Of a DNA stretch of 40,435 bases, positions 8,842 through 16,414 are shown piece by piece. The translations under genes and the position numbers were made by a program. Location: assembly GCA_034189725.1 (NCBI GenBank), contig JAXHUK010000026.1:1-40435 (forward strand), written 5' to 3'. Under the pieces are notes generated by a model. The model was not told the DNA's origin and did not search any database. It saw only the letters and a list, made by a program, of their open reading frames with translations. Numbering within the stretch: position 1 is the first letter of the stretch; each line of letters begins with the position of its first letter. This DNA comes from Chloroflexota bacterium (GTDB taxonomy: Bacteria; Chloroflexota; Dehalococcoidia; SZUA-161).

Positions 8842-8896
8842 ATGATAGAACTGATTTGTGAAGTTAGTATGGAGAAATACTGCTTTTTCTGTGTAG
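8842..8896 (-). promoter_or_regulatory. Candidate activator-dependent promoter: conserved box plus -10 TATCAT (copy 1)
   Basis: The minus strand reads CTACACAGAAAAAGCAGTATTTCTCCATACTAACTTCACAAATCAG-TTC-TATCAT. The first 26 nt are identical to 13111-13136 on the same strand. Confidence 0.55.
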
Positions 8897-9034
8897 ACCC
8901 ATTGCCCTCCGTTGAATGAGCCTGGAGAACAACAGGCTCGCAATGGCCACTGCAACTATGCTCAGAAATTTCCCCTTCATCGGTACATCCTCTTCCGGGA
9001 TACGCAGGAGTGTATACTCCAGCACACCCTTGTA

Positions 9035-9520
9035 TTACTTCCGCATGAAATTGGGTATCATGTAGACGGCAGTAGCCTGAATAGTCCCATCCTCTTGCTG
9101 CTCTCCGGAGACGGTAACGTTCTCGCCTACCGATACGTCACCCAGGCTGCCCTCGTTCACCGTCTGGAAGAATGTGCTATTACCTGTGAGAACACTGATA
9201 CTACCTTCAAGTGTAGAGAGTGTTATCACACCCTGTTCAACACTCTCTACCGTTCCCATAGTTCCTGCACCACCAGAGAATCCACCCATATTGGGCAAGT
9301 TCATACCTTCCTGGCTACCAATACTTGCTCGCCTCGAGGAATCTTCGATTTGCTGTCCAAATGGAGAGGTGAACTGGCTCATCTGCTCACGCAACTCCAG
9401 GCTCGCTTCCTCCCTGCCCTGTTCCTTTCCCATAGCCACGCCTCCAACGAACACCCCACCCACAATACCTCCCACAACAATAGCTGCGATCAGAGAGACG
9501 ACAAATGCACTTCGCATCAC
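9035..9520 (-). CDS. Membrane-anchored DUF5666-like (OB/beta-barrel) protein
   Basis: N-terminal TM FVVSLIAAIVVGGIVGGVFVGGVA. The C-terminal pattern is GTVESVEQGVITLSTLEGSISVLTGNSTFFQ...VGENVTVSGEQQEDGTIQATAV. It is the last gene of the efflux operon. Confidence 0.75.
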   Translation of the reverse strand: MMRSAFVVSLIAAIVVGGIVGGVFVGGVAMGKEQGREEASLELREQMSQFTSPFGQQIEDSSRRASIGSQEGMNLPNMGGFSGGAGTMGTVESVEQGVITLSTLEGSISVLTGNSTFFQTVNEGSLGDVSVGENVTVSGEQQEDGTIQATAVYMIPNFMRK

Positions 9521-9532
9521 AGGTATACCTCC

Positions 9533-10783
9533 TTATTCATAGCCCAATGCATCGATAGGATTAAGACGGGCTGCTCTGTATGCCGGGTAGAGGCCGAATA
9601 CAATACCGACACCTGCTGCAACAGATACCGCCAGGATAATTATGTCGAGAGAAAGTACCGCCTGCACAGCCATGCCACCGCCCATACTCACCCCCGACAT
9701 GAGCTGCGAAATGCCAAAACCGGTAAGCACTCCGATTCCTCCACCGATTAAACTGATCGAAGCAGACTCTACGAGGAACTGAAGCAGAATGTCCCGCCGC
9801 CTGGCTCCTACTGCCTTTCGTATACCTATCTCCCTCGTCCGTTCGGTGACCGATACCAGCATGATATTCATAACCCCGATACCACCAACCAAAAGAGATA
9901 TGCCGGCAACAGCCCCCAGGAAAAAAACCATAGTATCAGTGGTCTCCTCAACAGCCTCTATGGTCTCTTGCATACTGGTGATGGTGAAATCATCCTCACC
10001 TGTAATCTCGTGGCGTTCCCTGAGGATAGCAGTAATCTGTTCTATCGCCGCATCAGTTTCCTCTGTCCTTACCACCTGCACGTTGATAGTGGAAACAGTC
10101 ATTTCACCCGAGGCAGTCCGTGCTGAGGATAACCGGTACTGTACTGTGGTAATGGGAGCAAATATCATGTAGTCCTGACTGCCAAACCCTGCACCACCCT
10201 TGCTCTCCAACACGCCTACTACCTCAAATCGGCGACCGTCTATCTTGATAGTCTGGCCGACAGGGCTGATGTCATCAAAGAGCGTCTCCGCCACATTACT
10301 GCCGAGCACTGCTACCATAAATCTTCTTTCCAGATCGTATGACGAGATGAATTGCCCCTCAGCTAACGCTACATTACGCACGTGTTCGTATTCCGGCGTC
10401 ACACCTGCAATCTGGCTATATGTGTTCTTCACTCCTGCCACCACTTGGGCAGAAACCTGTGCCTCGGGAGCCACAGTTAATACCGAGGGAGCCAATGCAG
10501 TATCCAGCAGGGCTTCAGCGTCCTCCAGGGTCAATGTAGTGGCGCTTCCCTGCGCTCCCCTGATCCCCGATTGCGAAGCTGCGCCCGGGCTAACGAACAG
10601 CAGGTCGGTGCCGAGAGACTCGATATTGGACGTGATTGCTGCCTGGGTGCCTTCGCCAAAGGACATCAGCGAAATAACCGCCGCTACCCCGATGATGACT
10701 CCGAGCATGGTAAGGGCAGAACGCATCTTGTTTACTGTTAGCGCCTTCAGAGCGGTGCGCACTACTTGAACCGCATTCATCAA
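9533..10783 (-). CDS. MacB-type ABC permease (MacB periplasmic domain + FtsX domain)
   Basis: 416 aa with an N-terminal TM, a large periplasmic domain and a C-terminal FtsX-like module of three TM helices. It overlaps the ATPase gene by 4 nt. Confidence 0.9.
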   Translation of the reverse strand: MMNAVQVVRTALKALTVNKMRSALTMLGVIIGVAAVISLMSFGEGTQAAITSNIESLGTDLLFVSPGAASQSGIRGAQGSATTLTLEDAEALLDTALAPSVLTVAPEAQVSAQVVAGVKNTYSQIAGVTPEYEHVRNVALAEGQFISSYDLERRFMVAVLGSNVAETLFDDISPVGQTIKIDGRRFEVVGVLESKGGAGFGSQDYMIFAPITTVQYRLSSARTASGEMTVSTINVQVVRTEETDAAIEQITAILRERHEITGEDDFTITSMQETIEAVEETTDTMVFFLGAVAGISLLVGGIGVMNIMLVSVTERTREIGIRKAVGARRRDILLQFLVESASISLIGGGIGVLTGFGISQLMSGVSMGGGMAVQAVLSLDIIILAVSVAAGVGIVFGLYPAYRAARLNPIDALGYE

Positions 10784-11496
10784 CTCCCTCCCTGTACTGA
10801 GTCTTTTATACCGGCGTACTGTTGTGGCCTCACCTTTTCATCGACAATCTGACCGTCCCTGAGAGATATGATGCGTTGCGTATGGTCGGCTATCTCCTGC
10901 TCGTGCGTCACCACCACGATAGTAATATGGCCTTCTCTGTTGAGATCCTCGAGGATCGTTATAATGTCATCGCTTGACTGGCTATCCAGGTTACCTGTCG
11001 GCTCATCGGCGAGGATGATGGCGGGATTATTGACCAGAGCACGTGCGATAGCTACCCGCTGTCGCTCTCCTCCCGAAAGCTCAGAGGGTTTGTGAGACGC
11101 GCGATGGCCCATACCCACCCTCTCCAGGGCGTCCAGAGCCCGTTTTCTGCTATTACGCCCATTCCCGTAGAGCAAAGGCAATTCCACATTGGCCAGCGCA
11201 GACGTGCGAGGAAGCAGATTGAAGCTCTGGAATACAAAGCCTATTTTCTTGTTCCGTATCTCAGCCAGTTGCGTTTCAGAGAGGCTACTCACCTCTACCC
11301 CATCGAGACGATAGAACCCGCACGTCGGTTTATCGAGACAGCCCATGATGTTCAAGAGGGTGGATTTACCGCAACCGGAGGGGCCCATGATGGCTACCAT
11401 CTCCCCTTCCTCGATACACAGGCTCAAACCCCTGAGCGCCGGGACCTCTATGCGCCCTGTCTGATATGACTTGATGATTTCATCGATCTCAATCAT
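10780..11496 (-). CDS. ABC transporter ATP-binding protein (MacB/LolD class)
   Basis: Walker A GPSGCGKST, signature LSGGERQR and Walker B ILADEPTGNLD. Confidence 0.93.
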   Translation of the reverse strand: MIEIDEIIKSYQTGRIEVPALRGLSLCIEEGEMVAIMGPSGCGKSTLLNIMGCLDKPTCGFYRLDGVEVSSLSETQLAEIRNKKIGFVFQSFNLLPRTSALANVELPLLYGNGRNSRKRALDALERVGMGHRASHKPSELSGGERQRVAIARALVNNPAIILADEPTGNLDSQSSDDIITILEDLNREGHITIVVVTHEQEIADHTQRIISLRDGQIVDEKVRPQQYAGIKDSVQGGS

Positions 11497-11568
11497 AGTT
11501 ACCGATCTCCCTGTATAGCGAACAGATGCATCTATCCATACTCAACATGCTGCATCCATAAACCCTCG

Positions 11569-13029
11569 TCATGGGAAGCCTCTTCCACCACCTGGAAAGC
11601 CTCCTCCCGGCATCATGGGCCCGCCACCAGTGATGACACTCTCTGTCGCACCGGTTGCGGCAACCTCCACAATTACCACATCCCCCTCCTGGAGACCCTC
11701 CACGACCTCTGTCCACTGGTAATCACTTGTCCCTAAACTCACCGCTCTTACCTGTGGCTGGCCATCGACCAGCACGGTAACCCTCGAGTTATCCGTGGTC
11801 CCGCTTATCGCATCATTCGGCACAAGAAGCACGTCGCTGACCGCTTGAACCACTATCTCCGCGGTAGCACTCATACCCTCACGGAGTTGAATATCGGAGG
11901 GCACTGTGAGGCTGATAGTAACGGGGTACTGGACGATCCCTGATTTGACCTCAGCAAAGGCTGATAGTCTGACTACCTCGCCAGAAAGCTGAATGTCTGA
12001 TAGTGCATCCAGAGAAATGATTGCCTGTTGACCTAGCTCCACGAGTGGGACATCGATCTCATCGACAACAGCGCTCATTTCGATGACGGAAGTATCCACT
12101 ATCTCCACAATCACCGTATTCGCGTTCACATCGTCACCGGGTGCAGCATCATCATTCACCCTGGCTATTACACCATCGAAAGGAGCCAGCAGGGGATAAC
12201 CATCACTGGCCATTTCCAGTTCCTCCAGCGCATCTTCCAGCTTGCCTTTCGCGCTGGCTACCACGCTTTCCGCCAGTTCGATGTCGAGGGGATCCACAAC
12301 CTCCACCATGTCCGCCAAATCCTCCTCAGCTTCTTCCAGATTCCGTTCGGCATCGTAGATGGCGTTTTCCGCATCCTGTTTGACGATCTCCAGGTTGAGA
12401 ACTTTTGCTTCATGATCACTATACGCCTTTTCCACCTCCTCATAGCTCACCACACCATTCATGTACTGATTCAAGACATCAAAGCGAACATCAACAGCCT
12501 CGTCTAATTCGTACTCGGCATTTTCGATATCGAGGAACGCCTGTTCCTGGATATTTAATAATCTCTGGCTGGCTCGTTCAACGGCCTCTTCGGCATCAGC
12601 GATCTCCGACTCGTCGTAAGGATTCAGAAGATCCTCAACGGCATCCTCGGCATCACGTAGAACAACCCTGGCGCTGGCCACTTCTTCCTCCAATGATAAG
12701 ATGAGGGTAGTTGTGCTTTCGAGCCTTGCCAGCACATCACCCTCCTTGACTAAGTCATCCTTCTCGACGTTCACCTCCTGAACCGTCCCCCCGCTGTCGA
12801 ATGTGAGTTGCTCACTGGTGGAGTAGACGAGGCTACCACTGGCGAAAATCGAATTCGTCAAGTCACCATATGCTACCGTGGCGAGCTGAGCATAATCGGT
12901 ACTACCCTCCGATAATTCAGGACTGCTCATCCAATCATAGATACCATAGATTCCCCAGGCAACACCAATAGCCACTACCAGCAGTACTACCTTCTGCCAC
13001 AATTTCAATGTACTCAATCCCTTAAACAT
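11569..13029 (-). CDS. HlyD/MacA-like periplasmic adaptor (membrane fusion protein) with long coiled coil and Gly-rich tail
   Basis: It has an N-terminal TM, lipoyl-like and beta-barrel segments flanking a long acidic coiled coil, and a GGGPMMPGGGFPGGGRGFP tail. I prefer ATG at 13029, preceded by GGAGGG. The ORF stays open back to 13083. Confidence 0.85.
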   Translation of the reverse strand: MFKGLSTLKLWQKVVLLVVAIGVAWGIYGIYDWMSSPELSEGSTDYAQLATVAYGDLTNSIFASGSLVYSTSEQLTFDSGGTVQEVNVEKDDLVKEGDVLARLESTTTLILSLEEEVASARVVLRDAEDAVEDLLNPYDESEIADAEEAVERASQRLLNIQEQAFLDIENAEYELDEAVDVRFDVLNQYMNGVVSYEEVEKAYSDHEAKVLNLEIVKQDAENAIYDAERNLEEAEEDLADMVEVVDPLDIELAESVVASAKGKLEDALEELEMASDGYPLLAPFDGVIARVNDDAAPGDDVNANTVIVEIVDTSVIEMSAVVDEIDVPLVELGQQAIISLDALSDIQLSGEVVRLSAFAEVKSGIVQYPVTISLTVPSDIQLREGMSATAEIVVQAVSDVLLVPNDAISGTTDNSRVTVLVDGQPQVRAVSLGTSDYQWTEVVEGLQEGDVVIVEVAATGATESVITGGGPMMPGGGFPGGGRGFP

Positions 13030-13081
13030 GTTTCCCTCCGTCATGCTCAGGAGCAGTCTGTTCATTCGATATATCACGCTC

Positions 13082-13136
13082 ATTGTACGGCTGGATTGTG
13101 GAGATATTGTGGAGAAATACTGCTTTTTCTGTGTAG
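13082..13136 (-). promoter_or_regulatory. Candidate activator-dependent promoter: conserved box plus -10 TACAAT (copy 2)
   Basis: The minus strand reads CTACACAGAAAAAGCAGTATTTCTCCACAATATCTCCACAATCCAG-CCG-TACAAT. It contains the direct repeat TCTCCACAAT twice with 11-bp periodicity over the -35 position. Confidence 0.55.
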
Positions 13137-13240
13137 TTCTGCGAACCCAGAAACCGGACTACGTAAGCACCACACTCAGGCAATGCGATCTAGCTAATCA
13201 TCAATGTTTCAGGATTAGGCTGGATACTGGATAAAGGTTG

Positions 13241-13274
13241 GCTAGAGGGTCAATAAGCAACGATTTAGGAAGAG
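13241..13274. repeat. Left copy of the direct repeat bracketing the ATPase-DUF4435 gene
   Basis: gtcaataagcaacgatttaggaagag (13249-13274) is identical to 15533-15558. The flanking gctag is also shared. Confidence 0.85.
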
Positions 13275-13328
13275 ATACATATACTGCACCGATCGGTGTG
13301 CTGATAAGAGTTTTCCCTTGGATTTTCT

Positions 13329-13357
13329 TTGACAAGTGGCTGAGAATGCAATACAAT
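13329..13357 (+). promoter_or_regulatory. Near-consensus sigma70-type promoter (TTGACA-17-TACAAT)
   Basis: TTGACA at 13329-13334, a 17-nt spacer and TACAAT at 13352-13357. It lies about 85 nt upstream of the 13443 start. Confidence 0.6.
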
Positions 13358-13442
13358 TCCACTGCTTACTACACTAATATGAAAGTTAATGTTGGGCTTT
13401 TGCCCTGTGTGTCATTGACTCAACGATTGAGGAGAGTAATGC

Positions 13443-15260
13443 ATGAAAATAAGATCCATGGAGTTGGTCGACTTTAGCCCAATCAAGCATCTGCAGATTG
13501 ATGACATGGGAGACACGATAGTCATTGCAGGGGCAAACGGTTCAGGAAAAACAAGGTTGAAAGATGCAATTGTTGCTACATTGGAGGGCAATGCCTTGAT
13601 GAACATGGTAATAGAAGCAACTAGGTCAGAAGAAGAGGATGAAAAGTACTTCAATGGAAAGACTATCAAGATAGAGAAAGGTATACAGAATGATGTTTTG
13701 AATAACTACATAAACAGCCGAAAGTCTGGTGCGGGGCGATACGTTGGTTCTTTGGTCCAAATCGATTCCAATAGAGACGTAGAGAAGCTTTCATACAACG
13801 CTGTCAATTGGCTAGGAGGCGACCCAGATGACGTAGAATCGGCTGGCAAATTCTACTTCAGTCCTTTCATAAACAGATGGCAAGACTTCGTTAATTACAT
13901 TCATCAGAAAACAGCTGCCAGAGATAAGAAAATTGCTGAGGCGGTTAAGGCAGAGCCAAGCAAGATTGGCGATGAGTGGCTGCGAGAACATCCGGATCCA
14001 CTTGACAAGTATAAAGATATCTTCAAAAAAGCCTTGCCGGGCAAGGAGTTGATGAATATTGATCCAGCAAGACCTCGCGAGTTTCGGTATAAGGACGAAT
14101 CGGGGCAAGAATTGAATTTCCATAGGCTAAGTTCGGGAGAAAAGGAAATAGTCAGGGTTCTATTCGATGTTGCAAGAAAAGACATTCGACATTCCATTGT
14201 GATTGTGGATGAACCAGAACTGCATCTGCATCCCACACTTGCCTTTCAGTTGATCGAATCCCTGAAAGCCATGGGAGACCACACGAATCAATTCATATTC
14301 CTAACTCATTCATCGGATTTGATCACAACGTATTACTCGACTGGCGATGTGTACTTCATTGATTCACTCCAAGATGGCACAAACCAAGCACATCGCTTGA
14401 AGGACCTAGTCGATAAACGTCAGGATCTAGTCCCTCTTATTGGCCAAAACATAGGTCTCTTTGCTGTCGGGAAGAAACTTGTGTTTGTGGAAGGTGAATA
14501 CTCAAGTATAGATCGCCTGACCTATCAGAGAATTGCGCAAACAATAGACCCAGAAATCAGAATAATCCCAGCTGGGTCAGTTCTCAACATAATTACCTTA
14601 AGCAGCATAGAAGAGCAGATCAGACAATCGATATTCGGAATTGAACTATATATGGTAAGGGACCGTGATGGTCTTGAATCAAAACAGATCGCATCGTTGG
14701 AGAAGAATGGCAGGATTAGGTGTCTGAAGCGACGACATCTAGAGAACTACTTCCTAGATGAAGAGGTCCTATTTGAAGTAGCGCAGAAGCTCTACACCAC
14801 CAGCAAATTCCCCAACTTGTCACAAGAGGTGATAAAGAACAGCATACTGAAAATAGCTCAAGGTTCGTTGGGTTACAACATATATAAAAACTCAAAAGAG
14901 TATCTGATGCTCAATCATTTTCTAAAGGCACCAGCAGTCAAGTCGGTGGAGCAATTGAGCGTGGATGAGATCAAATCCACAATAGTTAAGGAGATCACGA
15001 ACAATGCAGAGCAGATGGCATCAGGGCTCACGCGAAGCTTTGTCGAAGACTGGCTAAACAAAGAGGAAGCCGCTCTGAATAACAAGCTCACGAATGGTCA
15101 ATGGATAAACGATTACCAAGGGAAATACATATTCAGCAAAGTATGCGCAGATGTCCTGAAAGAAGATCAAACTAAAGTTCGACATGCCTATGTGGACATT
15201 GCCCTAACTAGCAAGCCAAAAGCAATTCAAGATATCATTGACATCTTCAAGGGAATGTGA
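13443..15260 (+). CDS. Fused ABC/AAA-type ATPase + DUF4435 (TOPRIM-like) protein; PARIS (AriA-AriB fusion)-like defence candidate
   Basis: Walker A GANGSGKT (about 13528-13555), signature-like LSSGEKE, Walker B IVIVDEPELHLHP and H-loop FLTHS. The C-terminal half has KLVFVEGE (14481-14498) and VRDRDG (14655-14672), then RRHLENYF, which matches the DUF4435/TOPRIM pattern. By eye the region is more A+T-rich than its neighbours. Confidence 0.7.
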   Translation: MKIRSMELVDFSPIKHLQIDDMGDTIVIAGANGSGKTRLKDAIVATLEGNALMNMVIEATRSEEEDEKYFNGKTIKIEKGIQNDVLNNYINSRKSGAGRYVGSLVQIDSNRDVEKLSYNAVNWLGGDPDDVESAGKFYFSPFINRWQDFVNYIHQKTAARDKKIAEAVKAEPSKIGDEWLREHPDPLDKYKDIFKKALPGKELMNIDPARPREFRYKDESGQELNFHRLSSGEKEIVRVLFDVARKDIRHSIVIVDEPELHLHPTLAFQLIESLKAMGDHTNQFIFLTHSSDLITTYYSTGDVYFIDSLQDGTNQAHRLKDLVDKRQDLVPLIGQNIGLFAVGKKLVFVEGEYSSIDRLTYQRIAQTIDPEIRIIPAGSVLNIITLSSIEEQIRQSIFGIELYMVRDRDGLESKQIASLEKNGRIRCLKRRHLENYFLDEEVLFEVAQKLYTTSKFPNLSQEVIKNSILKIAQGSLGYNIYKNSKEYLMLNHFLKAPAVKSVEQLSVDEIKSTIVKEITNNAEQMASGLTRSFVEDWLNKEEAALNNKLTNGQWINDYQGKYIFSKVCADVLKEDQTKVRHAYVDIALTSKPKAIQDIIDIFKGM

Positions 15261-15285
15261 AATCAACGACAAATAGTCACACAAC

Positions 15286-15305
15286 AAGTCGCTCCAGAGC
15301 GACTT
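15286..15305 (+). terminator. Hairpin downstream of the ATPase-DUF4435 gene
   Basis: Perfect 8-bp stem aagtcgct / agcgactt with loop ccag, 26 nt after the stop. No U-tract follows. Confidence 0.35.
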
Positions 15306-15524
15306 CACTAGCTAGCTTGATTGATTAGCGTTCAGCGGCAAAGTTGAGTCTTGTTACTGGCAATCGTATTCTTGGCAGAGCCGTGCATCGGCTCAATAAG
15401 ACCTCTATTTTGCACAATTTTTTCACTACTTCGCCTTCATATCTGTGAATACGGCTTCATTCCTTTCCCACAGTTTTGCTGCCCACTTAAATTGTCGGTA
15501 ACCCGTATGTTACTCGGACACACT

Positions 15525-15558
15525 GCTAGTGTGTCAATAAGCAACGATTTAGGAAGAG
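15525..15558. repeat. Right copy of the direct repeat bracketing the ATPase-DUF4435 gene
   Basis: 15533-15558 is identical to 13249-13274. The following cgatcggt is also shared with 13290-13297 after a 15-nt indel. Confidence 0.85.
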
Positions 15559-15581
15559 CGATCGGTAGGATGGGTTGCGTG

Positions 15582-15610
15582 TTGACAGCATGGTACTTCT
15601 ATACTATAGT
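15582..15610 (+). promoter_or_regulatory. Near-consensus sigma70-type promoter (TTGACA-17-TATAGT) for hicBA
   Basis: TTGACA at 15582-15587, a 17-nt spacer and TATAGT at 15605-15610. It lies about 70 nt upstream of the hicB GTG. Confidence 0.6.
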
Positions 15611-15682
15611 GGAATTACCGTTAGGGCGTAGACTATCCTCGATTTCACCCCTATACTGTCATAGCAACACTGGGAGGCATAG

Positions 15683-16000
15683 GTGCAAACGCAAGGGTAT
15701 GTGATTCTCACCTTTGAATTTCGTAAAAGCGGCAGGCGATGGACTGCCTATTGCAGAGAGCTTGGCACGGCAACATTCGGGCGATCCCTTACCGACGCTG
15801 AGAATAAACTAGACGAGGCAGTCTTGCTACACTTAAACACCCTTGAAGATGTCGGAGAACGTGAACGGTTCTTCAAAGAGCACGACTTAAGGTTCTATGA
15901 GCACAAGCCCGCAAAGAATACTACCATAAGCGTGCCCCTCAACGAGAACATCTTAATCCGCACGCGAATCCAGCCCGTACGAGAGTTGGTTCCTGCCTAG
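15683..16000 (+). CDS. hicB: HicB-family antitoxin
   Basis: GTG start 5 nt after GGGAGG. The translation YVILTFEFRKSGRRWTAYCRELGTATFGRSLTDAENKLDEAVLLHLNTLED fits the HicB N-terminal fold pattern. Confidence 0.75.
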   Translation: MQTQGYVILTFEFRKSGRRWTAYCRELGTATFGRSLTDAENKLDEAVLLHLNTLEDVGERERFFKEHDLRFYEHKPAKNTTISVPLNENILIRTRIQPVRELVPA

Positions 16001-16009
16001 TATCCGCTC

Positions 16010-16264
16010 ATGTATACCAAAGTTCCTGCCATTTCTGGCAAGCAACTGATAAGGCTCCTACAGAAAGACGGCTGGAACATCGCAAGAAAATCCAACCACG
16101 GCATTGCCCTCACTAAGTCTTTCGCAGATCGCACCAGGGTCACAGTTGTTCCCAGCACGCGTGCATCCCTCGATACTGGTACACTAGCAGCTATCCTTGG
16201 CCCAAAACAAACAGGTATTGCTAAAACAGGCTTACTCGAACTCATCAACAAGTACGGGTTGTGA
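16010..16264 (+). CDS. hicA: HicA/YcfA-family mRNA interferase toxin
   Basis: 84 aa containing ISGKQLIRLLQKDGWNIARKSNHGIAL...VTVVPSTRASLDTGTLAAIL, which is the HicA/YcfA pattern. Confidence 0.8.
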   Translation: MYTKVPAISGKQLIRLLQKDGWNIARKSNHGIALTKSFADRTRVTVVPSTRASLDTGTLAAILGPKQTGIAKTGLLELINKYGL

Positions 16265-16414
16265 CGATCATAACCTATTATCTTTCCCGTTCGTGGTAAG
16301 ACCTTACCCCCTTCTGAACCCGCATATTCAACTTCGGTGCTATTTCTAGTAGAATAGAACAAACGCACCTGGTTGGTTGACCAACGGCAATTGACGAAAA
16401 TCCGGGATGAAGCG

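Noticed and set aside
8864-8980. 38-codon minus-strand ORF (MKGKFLSIVAVAIASLLFSRLIQRR...) with a weak RBS, downstream of the efflux operon
   Set aside because: The hydrophobic start is suggestive of a small membrane peptide. However, its 3' part runs through the conserved promoter box. It is too short to support without conservation or expression data.
13238-13477. ORFs 13238-13477 and 15351-15704 sharing the peptide SISNDLGR, which might suggest a duplicated small gene
   Set aside because: The shared peptide is simply the translation of the 26-bp direct repeat. The remainder of each ORF is unrelated and overlaps promoters or real genes.
13200-16300. Prophage or integrative element call for the accessory islet
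   Set aside because: No integrase, transposase, recombinase or phage structural gene is visible. Only direct repeats bracket one gene, so I report an insertion footprint rather than a mobile element.
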